A stretch of DNA of 64,000 nucleotides from Gammaproteobacteria bacterium (lineage in GTDB: Bacteria > Pseudomonadota > Gammaproteobacteria > GCA-002705445 > GCA-002716945): contig JBJKYD010000010.1 in NCBI GenBank assembly GCA_045561295.1, positions 64,001 through 128,000 on the forward strand, given 5' to 3'. The notes beneath the pieces are model-generated. The model had not been told where the DNA came from, made no database searches, and saw only the letters and a program-made list of their open reading frames with translations. This document shows positions 41,599-51,297 of the stretch, one piece after another. A program made the translations under genes and the position numbers. Numbering within the stretch: position 1 is the first letter of the stretch; every line of letters begins with the position of its first letter.

Positions 41599-42813
41599 TG
41601 AGCTAAACTTAGGTAAATCTACTGTGAAAGTAGAGCCAACACCTTCTTCGCTTGAGATAGATAAATCACCAGCATGTCTGTTTACTATATGTTTTACTAT
41701 TGATAATCCAAGGCCTGAACTATTTTTTTTATATTTATTTGCTGTTTTGGATCTGAAGAATCTCTCAGAAACTCTCAATATGTCATCTTTGGGTATTCCA
41801 TGTCCTTGATCGGTAATTTTAAATTCTATGTTCTTATCTTTATCGGATAGCGATATCTTAATCTCAGTACCAGAATCACTATAGGTGATAGCATTATCTA
41901 ATAAATTTTCAAAAATTTCTGTAATTTGATCTTGATTGCCCTTTACATAAAAATTTTCTTGATTGTAGTCTCTATCAAATGAAATACTGATCTTTTTCTT
42001 ATCTGCCATTGATTGAACAGAATCGCATGCTGAGCTGCAGCATAGCCACAAGTCAACTTTTTCATTTGGTATTTGATACTCTGACTCTTCTACACGGGAC
42101 AGTGAAAGCGTATCATTTACCAGTCTCTGCATTCTCTCTGCTTCTGTCTGAATAATATTCAAGAATTTTTCTTTTTTTGATTCATCATTTTTAGCAGGTC
42201 CATTGATAGTTTCAATGAATCCTATTATGGCAGTCAGGGGTGTTTTAAGCTCATGGCTCACATTTGAGACAAAATCAGATTTAACTTTTTCTGCCATCTT
42301 TTGAGACGTTTTATCTATCATCAGTACTAGAGCATATTTATCTTTTTTAATTGTCAGAGGAAATACTTGAGCTTGCATATATTTATGTACTTGATCATAA
42401 ATTATGAAATCAATATCACCCTTTTTGTTATTAACGAGAGCATCGCTAAGTGCAGTATTAAGTTCATTTGATCTCAAACATAACGATAAATTCATGCCAT
42501 TAGCATCTTTACCAATGTATGAGTTAAATGCAACATTTGATTGAGTTATAGTATATGAACTGTCAATAATTATCATTGGAAATGTATTTTGATTAAATAC
42601 GCTTTTATCTTTTTCTGATAAAAAGAAATCCTTCTTTATATTTTTATTATCGACTCTTACAACAAATTTTTTATTTTTGTCTTCTTTTTTTAATGCTAGG
42701 GAATATATTAAGATATAAAAAAATGATACAACAAAAACAAAGGCTAAAGAGACATCATTAAGTAAAGCAAGTGACAAGGTAATAAGTATTATCGATATAA
42801 TGCCTGCAATCAT
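41590..42813 (-). CDS. phoR: Phosphate regulon sensor kinase
   Basis: N-terminal TM, PAS-like region, DFVSNVSHELKTPLT, NLLDNA, DQGHGI, GLGLSIVKHI. Confidence 0.92.
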   Translation of the reverse strand: MIAGIISIILITLSLALLNDVSLAFVFVVSFFYILIYSLALKKEDKNKKFVVRVDNKNIKKDFFLSEKDKSVFNQNTFPMIIIDSSYTITQSNVAFNSYIGKDANGMNLSLCLRSNELNTALSDALVNNKKGDIDFIIYDQVHKYMQAQVFPLTIKKDKYALVLMIDKTSQKMAEKVKSDFVSNVSHELKTPLTAIIGFIETINGPAKNDESKKEKFLNIIQTEAERMQRLVNDTLSLSRVEESEYQIPNEKVDLWLCCSSACDSVQSMADKKKISISFDRDYNQENFYVKGNQDQITEIFENLLDNAITYSDSGTEIKISLSDKDKNIEFKITDQGHGIPKDDILRVSERFFRSKTANKYKKNSSGLGLSIVKHIVNRHAGDLSISSEEGVGSTFTVDLPKFSSDS

Positions 42814-42884
42814 AATAGCTAGCTGATTTTTACTATTGAATATAACGAGTTCATGATAATATTTAAAACCATAATATCAGATAT

Positions 42885-44000
42885 ATGACAGATATAATAT
42901 TCCACAAATCAAGTAAATACATCGAAGATGACATAGACTATTATGCATCAGACACTCGCGATAAACACGGTGCTGTAAAACCAAGTAAGAATATCAAAAG
43001 CTATACATTGGATTCAGATAGTTTTGATAATGACGCTGAGCTACCATCTTTATACTATCCGTTTCAAAAACATTCTATAGATAGAGTTTATCTAGGAATT
43101 AGTTTTCCGCTTTATGCCAATAATTGGGGTGCAGAATTTTTAAGATATCTTATGTATGTAATTAAAAAAGATGGAGCGGTAATATTTCCAGTTTACGCTG
43201 AAAGACAAGGTGTTGAGAAAAACTATTGGTCGAGAAGTATTCTAGAAGTTGCTTTCCAAAGCAGGCAGAAATGGTGGGGTATGAGTAATATATGGGCGGA
43301 GAATGATGGCGTAATGTCAATGCGTATCGGTAAGAAAGAGCCTAAGGTTCGTAATAGTACTTTTACTTATTTTATTGATAAGGCATTGCCTAAACTTTAT
43401 CAAGAAAATAAATTAAATGAATTACAAAATGAAATAGATAATCAAAATGAAAATTTACGTCTCAGTGCAGTCGTTGAGAAAATAATTCTTGATAACCACG
43501 GAAGAAATAAAAAAATCAACCTTGGAGTTCTCAGTAATAGTAACTTACTTGGCATGGAATTAGCATGCAGTGATTATATGAATATCAAAAAAACAAAAGT
43601 CTATTCCTCTAATGAAGATAATATTGATGCTTATTCTGAGTACCTTCCTAAAGATACGGCATCAAGTTTCAATCGTTTGATTGGCAATTTAAATGAGTGT
43701 GACTTTGATAGTGAACATAATGTATTTTTAATAGATGAAAAATTTTGTAATGAAGATTTAAGTAAACATATAATAGGTAAAGCTCTTGATAGTCTTCAAA
43801 ATGATGGATTCATTATTATAGTGAATAGACATATACAAAATAATTATAAATCATCGGATTATTCTCATACCGTAGGTACAAAACTTAAAACTGGCTATGA
43901 TATACCACACTACTCTGATCTTATTTTTGATGAGCTTAAAGCTGAAAATGAAAATAGAGAGTCAGCAGTTCAAGTAATACATAAAAAAGACAATGTATGA
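42885..44000 (+). CDS. Hypothetical protein, possibly two degenerate methyltransferase-like folds
   Basis: 371-aa ORF overlapping the next gene; the fold assignment rests on weak motif resemblance only. Confidence 0.7.
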   Translation: MTDIIFHKSSKYIEDDIDYYASDTRDKHGAVKPSKNIKSYTLDSDSFDNDAELPSLYYPFQKHSIDRVYLGISFPLYANNWGAEFLRYLMYVIKKDGAVIFPVYAERQGVEKNYWSRSILEVAFQSRQKWWGMSNIWAENDGVMSMRIGKKEPKVRNSTFTYFIDKALPKLYQENKLNELQNEIDNQNENLRLSAVVEKIILDNHGRNKKINLGVLSNSNLLGMELACSDYMNIKKTKVYSSNEDNIDAYSEYLPKDTASSFNRLIGNLNECDFDSEHNVFLIDEKFCNEDLSKHIIGKALDSLQNDGFIIIVNRHIQNNYKSSDYSHTVGTKLKTGYDIPHYSDLIFDELKAENENRESAVQVIHKKDNV

Positions 44001-45324
44001 TTTTCTAAATACTTTAAGTGGTTTGATATGGGGCCCTATTACACTTATATTGATTTTAGGTACAGGAATCTTTCTAAGTCTTGGGCTTAAAGGATTTACT
44101 TTTACGTATATCCTCGTAGCTTTCAAACAAATCTTCAAAAAAGATGAAAAAGCCACTGATGGAGAAATCACATCTTTCCAATCCTTAACAACTGCTTTGT
44201 CTGCAACAGTTGGAACAGGAAATATTGCTGGAGTTGCTACGGCAATTTATATTGGAGGACCAGGTGCAGTATTTTGGATGTGGGTGTCTGCTTTATTTGG
44301 TATGGCGACAAAATATGCTGAAGCATTCCTTGCTATTAAGTACAGAGAGAAAAATGCAAATGGTGAAACTGTTGGTGGGCCAATGTATTATATTAAAAAT
44401 GGATTATCAAAAAACTATATAATTTTTGCCTATCTATTTGCTCTTGCAGGTATGATTGCAGCTTTAGGAATTGGTAATGGAGTACAAGTCAATTCTGTAT
44501 CACAAGTTATTGAAAGTGAATTTGGTATCTCAGCTTTTACCGTTGGAATTTTTATAGCTTTATTGGTTGCACTTGTAATTCTTGGAGGTATCAAATCCAT
44601 TGGCAAAATCACATCCAAATTAGTACCTCTTATGTCAGCCATATACATACTCGGCGGTCTATGGATTATCGTTCTTAACTATACCGAAGTTACATATATA
44701 TTTAATCTAATTACTACATCTGCATTTACATCCACTGCAGCAACCGGTGGTTTTGCAGGTGCAACAGTTTGGATGGCATTGCGTTATGGAGTTGCAAGAG
44801 GTGTATTTTCAAATGAGGCCGGTTTAGGAAGCTCGCCAATTGCTCATGCTGCAGCCAATACCAATAATCCTGCTAAACAAGGGATGATTTCAATGCTTGA
44901 ACCACTTATTGATACTCTAATAGTTTGTACGATCACAGCTTTTGTTATTTTAATGAGTAATTTATGGATAGGAGAAATTAATGGAGCTGTCTTAACGGTT
45001 GCATCTTTTGAACAATTATTAAGTAATGGTAAATACATTGTTATTTTTGGATTAATTTTATTTTCATTTAGTACCATTATCGGATGGAGTTATTATGGTG
45101 AAAAATGTGCTGAATTTTTATTCGGATCACAAATAATAATCTACTACAGAATATTATGGGTAATAATTATACCTGTAGCAGCTATTATAGAATTGAATCT
45201 AATGTGGCTGATTGCAGATATTATGAACGGGCTAATGGCATTACCTAATTTAATTGCATTAATTTTATTGGGTCCAATGATATTTATAAAAACAAAAGAG
45301 TTAAAAGATACTTTCAAAGCCTGA
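43993..45324 (+). CDS. agcS: Sodium:alanine/glycine symporter (AGCS family)
   Basis: ATVGTGNIAGVA, GGPGAVFWMW, GGPMYYI, RGVFSNEAGLGS, LMALPNL. Confidence 0.93.
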   Translation: MYDFLNTLSGLIWGPITLILILGTGIFLSLGLKGFTFTYILVAFKQIFKKDEKATDGEITSFQSLTTALSATVGTGNIAGVATAIYIGGPGAVFWMWVSALFGMATKYAEAFLAIKYREKNANGETVGGPMYYIKNGLSKNYIIFAYLFALAGMIAALGIGNGVQVNSVSQVIESEFGISAFTVGIFIALLVALVILGGIKSIGKITSKLVPLMSAIYILGGLWIIVLNYTEVTYIFNLITTSAFTSTAATGGFAGATVWMALRYGVARGVFSNEAGLGSSPIAHAAANTNNPAKQGMISMLEPLIDTLIVCTITAFVILMSNLWIGEINGAVLTVASFEQLLSNGKYIVIFGLILFSFSTIIGWSYYGEKCAEFLFGSQIIIYYRILWVIIIPVAAIIELNLMWLIADIMNGLMALPNLIALILLGPMIFIKTKELKDTFKA

Positions 45325-45328
45325 CCTG

Positions 45329-46135
45329 ATGAATAGAGATAAGCACATTAAACTAGCACTGGATGAGGATTGTTGCAGACAAGATGTAACAACAAAACTT
45401 CTCCCCATACATAGGAAGTGCAAAGCCATAATTAAAATTAAAGAAACATCTCATGTCTATGGAATAAGATGGCTTGAACAAGTATTCAAAAAAATTGATA
45501 AAAAAATAAAAATTAAGTTTTATATTAAAGACGGTCAGTATACTAAGAAAAATACAATCATAGCTGAAATTATTGGTTCAAATCACTCTCTTCTTAAAGC
45601 AGAACGTGTAGCTCTAAATTACCTTCAGGCTATGTCCGGAACTTACGATCTTTGTAAGAGATTTCAAAAAAAAATTAAGCATACAAAAATTAAATTACTT
45701 CACACAAGAAAAACTCTTCCATTATTTAGGTCTCCATTGAAAGAAGCATGTATTGCAGCTGGGTGTATGCCTCATAGAGAAGACTTATCCACAGCTGTTC
45801 TTATTAAGGAAAATCATTTGAAGTTTACAACTACCCCAATTGAGTTAATTAAGAAAGCTATTGCAAATAATAAAAAAGTAGTTGTTGAGGCAAAAACACT
45901 CAAGTTTGCTAAAAGTTTAGACCAATTAAAGATAGATAGAGTGTTACTGGATAATTTCACACCATTGATGTTGAAAAAGTTTATTCAATGTAACTTAAAC
46001 TTAAAAATAGAAGTATCTGGTTCGATCAATCTAAAGAATATACAAAAATTTGCTATCAAGGGTGTCCACTATATCTCTATAGGTGCGCTAACAAAAAATA
46101 TAGAATCGAAAGATTTCTCTATGTTGATAGTGTAA
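45329..46135 (+). CDS. nadC: Quinolinate phosphoribosyltransferase
   Basis: ERVALN, TRKTLP, HR..LS...LIKENH, LLDNF, EVSG, ISIGALT. Confidence 0.92.
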   Translation: MNRDKHIKLALDEDCCRQDVTTKLLPIHRKCKAIIKIKETSHVYGIRWLEQVFKKIDKKIKIKFYIKDGQYTKKNTIIAEIIGSNHSLLKAERVALNYLQAMSGTYDLCKRFQKKIKHTKIKLLHTRKTLPLFRSPLKEACIAAGCMPHREDLSTAVLIKENHLKFTTTPIELIKKAIANNKKVVVEAKTLKFAKSLDQLKIDRVLLDNFTPLMLKKFIQCNLNLKIEVSGSINLKNIQKFAIKGVHYISIGALTKNIESKDFSMLIV

Positions 46136-46174
46136 GTATACGCTAGTCTTACAAGCTGATATAATAAATTGCGA

Positions 46175-47353
46175 ATGAATAATACCTTTGATATCACACA
46201 AGCTATAAAAAATTTCTTCTCAAGAGAAGAAAAATCAGGAATATTATTATTAATCTTTGCAACTCTTGCACTAATTGTAGTTAACAGCCCACTTCAAACT
46301 ATTTATTTTGATATTAAGTATGCTTCGATTCCTATAAACATAGGAGATTTTAGTTTTACAAAAAGTGTTTCCCACTGGGTTAATGATGGATTGATGGCAA
46401 TATTTTTCTTTGTTATAGGATTAGAACTTAAAAGAGAAATATTAGAAGGTGAACTATCAAGTTTTGATAGAATGGTACTCCCCGCAATTGCAGCAGTCGG
46501 AGGAATGGTAGCGCCAGCATTAATCTATGTATTAATAAATTATTCAAGTCCTGAAAATATGTCAGGCTGGGCAATTCCTACAGCAACCGATATTGCTTTT
46601 TCACTAGCTGTACTCCTCATTATAGGAAAAAGCGTTCCTTTAAGTTTAAAAGTTTTTCTTTTATCGTTAGCGATCATTGATGATTTAGGAGCTGTATTAA
46701 TTATCGCTTTCTTTTATACATCTGAAATCAGCACACATTATTTATTATATTCAGCCGTTATATTTTCACTTTTAATATTATTGAACATGTCAGGATCTCA
46801 GAAGATGTACATCTTTATTTTGTTAGGCATATTCTTATGGTATTTTGTTTTGAAATCAGGAATTCATGCAACAATTGCTGGTGTTCTTTTAGCAACAACG
46901 ATTCCAAATAATGAGAATAATAATTTAGAACATTCGATGCTCAAACAACTTGAACATAAGCTGCATAATTTTGTAGGCATACTTGTTTTGCCTATTTTTG
47001 CATTCTTTAATAGTGATATTAATTTTAGTGATGTAACTTTAAGCAGTGTTTACAGCCCTCTATCTTTAGGTATCATCCTTGGATTGTTAGTCGGCAAACC
47101 TATAGGCATTACACTGTTTACTTATATTGGAATGAAAACAAACATGTTTAAACTTCCTGATAATGTGTCTTTAAAAGATATATTTGGATTGTCACTGCTA
47201 TGTGGTATTGGCTTTACTATGAGCTTATTTATTAATGGTTTAGCATTTACTGATCAAATACTCGTTGATAGTAGTAAACTAGGTATATTTATAGGATCAA
47301 TTGTATCAGCGGTAGCCGGTTATTTAATTTTAAAATCTAGATACAAAGCTTAA
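46175..47353 (+). CDS. nhaA: Na+/H+ antiporter
   Basis: WVNDGLMA.FFF..GLELKRE, GWAIPTATDIAF, LAIIDDLGA, GIGFTMS. Confidence 0.96.
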   Translation: MNNTFDITQAIKNFFSREEKSGILLLIFATLALIVVNSPLQTIYFDIKYASIPINIGDFSFTKSVSHWVNDGLMAIFFFVIGLELKREILEGELSSFDRMVLPAIAAVGGMVAPALIYVLINYSSPENMSGWAIPTATDIAFSLAVLLIIGKSVPLSLKVFLLSLAIIDDLGAVLIIAFFYTSEISTHYLLYSAVIFSLLILLNMSGSQKMYIFILLGIFLWYFVLKSGIHATIAGVLLATTIPNNENNNLEHSMLKQLEHKLHNFVGILVLPIFAFFNSDINFSDVTLSSVYSPLSLGIILGLLVGKPIGITLFTYIGMKTNMFKLPDNVSLKDIFGLSLLCGIGFTMSLFINGLAFTDQILVDSSKLGIFIGSIVSAVAGYLILKSRYKA

Positions 47354-47355
47354 GA

Positions 47356-47673
47356 CTAATATGGTGTGCATTCCATACTAAGAGCTTCGGACGCTTTGGA
47401 AGGTACTACATCTAATACAAAATTAATAGAATCAAATTTTACAAGTAAATCTGGTGCAGTAAGTTCTATAGAATCTTCTGTTCTTTTTACTACAGCTAAG
47501 CTCATTCTATTTAATTTTTCATTATCTTTTTTTAGATCAAGAATAAATACAATACGTTCCTCGTAATTATAGCAAGTAAGCTTATCGGTCATAGTTCGAC
47601 CATCTGCTGCATGTGCAGCTATAGAAGGTATTATAATTATGAGTGAGAGTAATATTTCCCTTAGGTGAAGCAT
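47356..47673 (-). CDS. Small hypothetical exported protein
   Basis: 105 aa, signal peptide ending AHA, two Cys; fills the gap between nhaA and pmbA. Confidence 0.6.
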   Translation of the reverse strand: MLHLREILLSLIIIIPSIAAHAADGRTMTDKLTCYNYEERIVFILDLKKDNEKLNRMSLAVVKRTEDSIELTAPDLLVKFDSINFVLDVVPSKASEALSMECTPY

Positions 47674-47715
47674 TATTAACTATTACATGTATTATCTGAG
47701 TAGACAATACTTTAA

Positions 47716-49032
47716 TTAATTACCACCTATGGTCATATCTTTAATCATTACAGAGCCACATTTTATCTTGGAGTTCATATAGTAATCATTACCAATTTCC
47801 TCGATATTTTTGAACATATCAATCATGTTAGAGGCAATCGTAAAATTTGTTACCGGGTATGATATCTTACCTTTTTCAATTAGGTATCCAAATGCGCCTC
47901 TTGAGTAATCACCAGTCAACATGTTTGCGCCAGAACCCATCATTTCAGTAACTAGTATTCCCTCATCTACAGATTCAATCAGATCATTCAGCATTTTTTT
48001 TGAAGATTCTATTAATATATTTGTATACCCAGAATTACCTGTAGATCTTGACTTGAGCTGACTTGCAGAGTAGGTATCTAATAAAAAGGTATTTAGAACA
48101 CCTCCTTCGATTATATTCTTTTCAGAAGTTTTAACTCCCTCACTGTCAAAAGGTTTCGTGCCGAGTCCTTCTTTAATATCTGGTTTTTCTGTAATATTGA
48201 TATGACTTGCAAAAACCTGCTTATTTAAATATTCAGATAAGAAACTATTTTTTTTATATATATTGTTTCCATTAATAGCAGATAAAAATGATGAAAATAA
48301 ACCAACGGATAGTTCAGGAGTTAAAATGACAGGACATTTTCTAGTAGATATGGATTTCGCACCTAGTCTCGAGATTACTTTTTTTGCACTGAGCTTACCT
48401 ATTGCTTGAGCGCTTTCCGTCTGCTCAAAGTTTCTTCGAGTTGTGTACGCATAATCTCTTTCTTTTAAACCATTCTCTTCTGCTATGACAACACAAGAAA
48501 GGGTATAGCTAGTTGAAGAATAAGACCCTACTGCTCCATGAGAATTTAAAATTAAATTGTTCGATTGTGAGTATCCGTACTCTGAGCCTTCACTATTATT
48601 AATTCTCTTATCATAATCAAGCGCAGCTTTTTCACACTCAACGGTCATGTCTATTAATTGATTTGAACTAAATGTCTTTGGGAAATTTATATCACAATCT
48701 ATATTTAATTGATTAATTAAATTATCCTTCGCTAAGCCTTGATGCTCGTCTGTCTCGAGAAATGAAGCTATCGTTTTGCTTTTTTCAATTGTTAGTTTTA
48801 TGCTCTCATCAGATAGGTTATTTGTACTCGCAACACCTTTTCTTTTACCATCGATGCATGTAACTGTAAGTGACTCATCGTTATGATATTGAATATTTTC
48901 AACATCACCAAACCTTGAAGTGACATCTGCACCATCTGTAGAGTTAAAGTGGAACTCATATTCTCTTTTGTTATCTAAACCGTCAATTATATTTTTTAGT
49001 TTGTCAGTAGTTTCATGAAAAGTAGCAGACAT
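47716..49032 (-). CDS. pmbA: Metalloprotease subunit PmbA/TldE
   Basis: PFDSEG, LTGDYSRGA.G, TIASN; follows tldD. Confidence 0.9.
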   Translation of the reverse strand: MSATFHETTDKLKNIIDGLDNKREYEFHFNSTDGADVTSRFGDVENIQYHNDESLTVTCIDGKRKGVASTNNLSDESIKLTIEKSKTIASFLETDEHQGLAKDNLINQLNIDCDINFPKTFSSNQLIDMTVECEKAALDYDKRINNSEGSEYGYSQSNNLILNSHGAVGSYSSTSYTLSCVVIAEENGLKERDYAYTTRRNFEQTESAQAIGKLSAKKVISRLGAKSISTRKCPVILTPELSVGLFSSFLSAINGNNIYKKNSFLSEYLNKQVFASHINITEKPDIKEGLGTKPFDSEGVKTSEKNIIEGGVLNTFLLDTYSASQLKSRSTGNSGYTNILIESSKKMLNDLIESVDEGILVTEMMGSGANMLTGDYSRGAFGYLIEKGKISYPVTNFTIASNMIDMFKNIEEIGNDYYMNSKIKCGSVMIKDMTIGGN

Positions 49033-49034
49033 AT

Positions 49035-50465
49035 TTATACTTCCGTTCCGCCAACAGTAATATCATCAATTTTAAGTGTCGGCTGACCAACACCAACAGG
49101 AACACTCTGTCCTTCTTTACCACATGTACCAACACCGTCATCTAATTTCATATCATTAGCAACCATAGAAACTTTTTTTAAGACATCGGGGCCATTTCCA
49201 ATCAAAGTCATCCCTTTAATCGCATTTGTAACTTTTCCAGATTCAATCTTATACGCCTCAGATGCGGTAAATACAAATTGACCACTAGTAATATCTACTT
49301 GCCCACCAGAAAAGTTTACTGCATAGATACCATCCTTAACACTTTCAATGATTTCATCAGCTTCTGATGTTCCGCCAAGCATATATGTGTTTGTCATACG
49401 AGGCATTGGGAGATGTGCATAGCTTTCTCTTCTGCCATTTCCAGTAGGTTTCACATCCATTAATTTTGCATTCATTAAATCTTGCATATATCCTTTTAAG
49501 ATACCATTTTCAATCAAGGTATTTTTTGCGGTCGGTGTACCTTCATCATCTATAGACAAAGATCCTCGTCTATCTTTAATCGTTCCATCATCAATAACCG
49601 TACACAGATCTGATGCGACCTTTTGTCCAATCAAATCAGAAAAGTTTGATGTTTTTTTTCTATTAAAATCACCTTCTAGCCCATGTCCAACAGCTTCATG
49701 TAACAGTACACCTGGCCATCCTGAACCTAAAACCACCGTAGTATTTCCTGCCTTACATGGCTCAGAAGTTAGATTCACATCAGCAATTCTTATGGCTTCA
49801 TCAGCCAGCTCATAGGGTCTTTTTGTATCTAGTAACATTGGATAAGTGTATCTTCCACCACCACCTGCACTTCCACGCTCAACTCTATCTCCAGATTTCA
49901 ATATGACCATTACATTAAACCTAACTAGTGGTCTATCATCAAAACTATATGTCCCAAGAGAATTTGCAACAAAAATTGAATCAAAGCTGGAGCTAAGGTT
50001 AATTATTACCTGCTCAACTCTCTTGTCTTTATTTTTAATATAGTTATTAATTTCTCTAAGAAAGTTTACCTTCTGATCATCGGTTACAGATGCAAGTGGG
50101 GATTCTGAAATATATAGTTTTTCAAAATCTGAATATTCTTTTAAATTTAATGATTGTGATGAATTTGATTTGATAATTGATTTCGATAATTTAGCCGCTT
50201 TCATAATTTCATTAAAGTTGAAATTATTTCCGTATGAAAAACCTGTTTTTTCATTACTTATTGATCTTATACCGTATCCACTATCTATATGTTGAGAACC
50301 ACTTTTGACTATACCGTCTTCACATGTCCAGCTTTCAACCGTTGTGTACTGCATATATAAATCAGATAAATCAATTGATGGGCCTGAAGATTCTGCGATT
50401 ATATCTTCAATCTTATTGAAGTTAAGTTTATTTTCTTCAAATATGTAGTCTTTAATTATGTTCAT
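49035..50465 (-). CDS. tldD: Metalloprotease TldD
   Basis: GVLLHEAVGHGLEGDFNRK, PRMTNTYM, CGKEGQSVPVGVGQP. Confidence 0.97.
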   Translation of the reverse strand: MNIIKDYIFEENKLNFNKIEDIIAESSGPSIDLSDLYMQYTTVESWTCEDGIVKSGSQHIDSGYGIRSISNEKTGFSYGNNFNFNEIMKAAKLSKSIIKSNSSQSLNLKEYSDFEKLYISESPLASVTDDQKVNFLREINNYIKNKDKRVEQVIINLSSSFDSIFVANSLGTYSFDDRPLVRFNVMVILKSGDRVERGSAGGGGRYTYPMLLDTKRPYELADEAIRIADVNLTSEPCKAGNTTVVLGSGWPGVLLHEAVGHGLEGDFNRKKTSNFSDLIGQKVASDLCTVIDDGTIKDRRGSLSIDDEGTPTAKNTLIENGILKGYMQDLMNAKLMDVKPTGNGRRESYAHLPMPRMTNTYMLGGTSEADEIIESVKDGIYAVNFSGGQVDITSGQFVFTASEAYKIESGKVTNAIKGMTLIGNGPDVLKKVSMVANDMKLDDGVGTCGKEGQSVPVGVGQPTLKIDDITVGGTEV

Positions 50466-51283
50466 TTTTTATTAATCAGTTTCATGTGTTCTAAAACTGG
50501 AAAATTTTCTCTTATTGATTTTAGTTGTGATAAATCTATATCGCTACTTATAAAACCTTTTCCCTTTTCAAGTATATCTAAAGTTTGACCCCATGGATTA
50601 ACTATCATGGTGTGACCAAACGTTTTCTTGCCGTTTATATGGTAACCGCCTTGGCATGAAGATACAACAAAAGAGAGGTTCTCTATAGCCCTAGCTTTAA
50701 TAAGTGTTTCCCAGTGTACCTTCCCAGTTTGTTCGGTAAATGATGCAGGCAAAATAATAACATCAACTTTTTGTTCTTGTTGTAATCTAAATAGTTCTGG
50801 AAATCTTAAATCATAACAACAGGCTATGCCTGCTCGACCGATTGGAGTATCAATAACTTCAATCATATCTCCTGGCATAAAATATTTAGACTCATTATAA
50901 GATTCTTTTGATTTTGGAAGAGTTACATCAAAGAGATGAATTTTATTGTACAAGGATACTTGTTTTCCTTTTTCATTATAGGTAATAGTACTAGCCATGA
51001 CTCGATCTTTATCTTTGGATTTTATAGGTATTGTTCCGCCAACAATCCAAATTTTATAAGTACTTGCAAGGTCAGATAAATAATTTTGTATCTGCCCGTC
51101 ACCTAGATCTTCAGCATGTTTAATATAATCGGCATCATTTTCAGGCATTAGAGCAAAATTCTCTGGAAGGACAACCATCTTTGATCCAAGATCAGCTATC
51201 TGTTCTATAAATGTTTTCACATCGTACAAATTGACCTTCACATTAGGTCCAGAATTAAGCTGTATTGCAGATACCTTAGACAT
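50462..51283 (-). CDS. Carbon-nitrogen hydrolase (Nit1 / deaminated glutathione amidase-like)
   Basis: Catalytic E-K-C triad: LPENF, YNKIHLFD, CYDLRFPE; RAIEN. Confidence 0.88.
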   Translation of the reverse strand: MSKVSAIQLNSGPNVKVNLYDVKTFIEQIADLGSKMVVLPENFALMPENDADYIKHAEDLGDGQIQNYLSDLASTYKIWIVGGTIPIKSKDKDRVMASTITYNEKGKQVSLYNKIHLFDVTLPKSKESYNESKYFMPGDMIEVIDTPIGRAGIACCYDLRFPELFRLQQEQKVDVIILPASFTEQTGKVHWETLIKARAIENLSFVVSSCQGGYHINGKKTFGHTMIVNPWGQTLDILEKGKGFISSDIDLSQLKSIRENFPVLEHMKLINKK

Positions 51284-51297
51284 CTGTCTAGGATATA

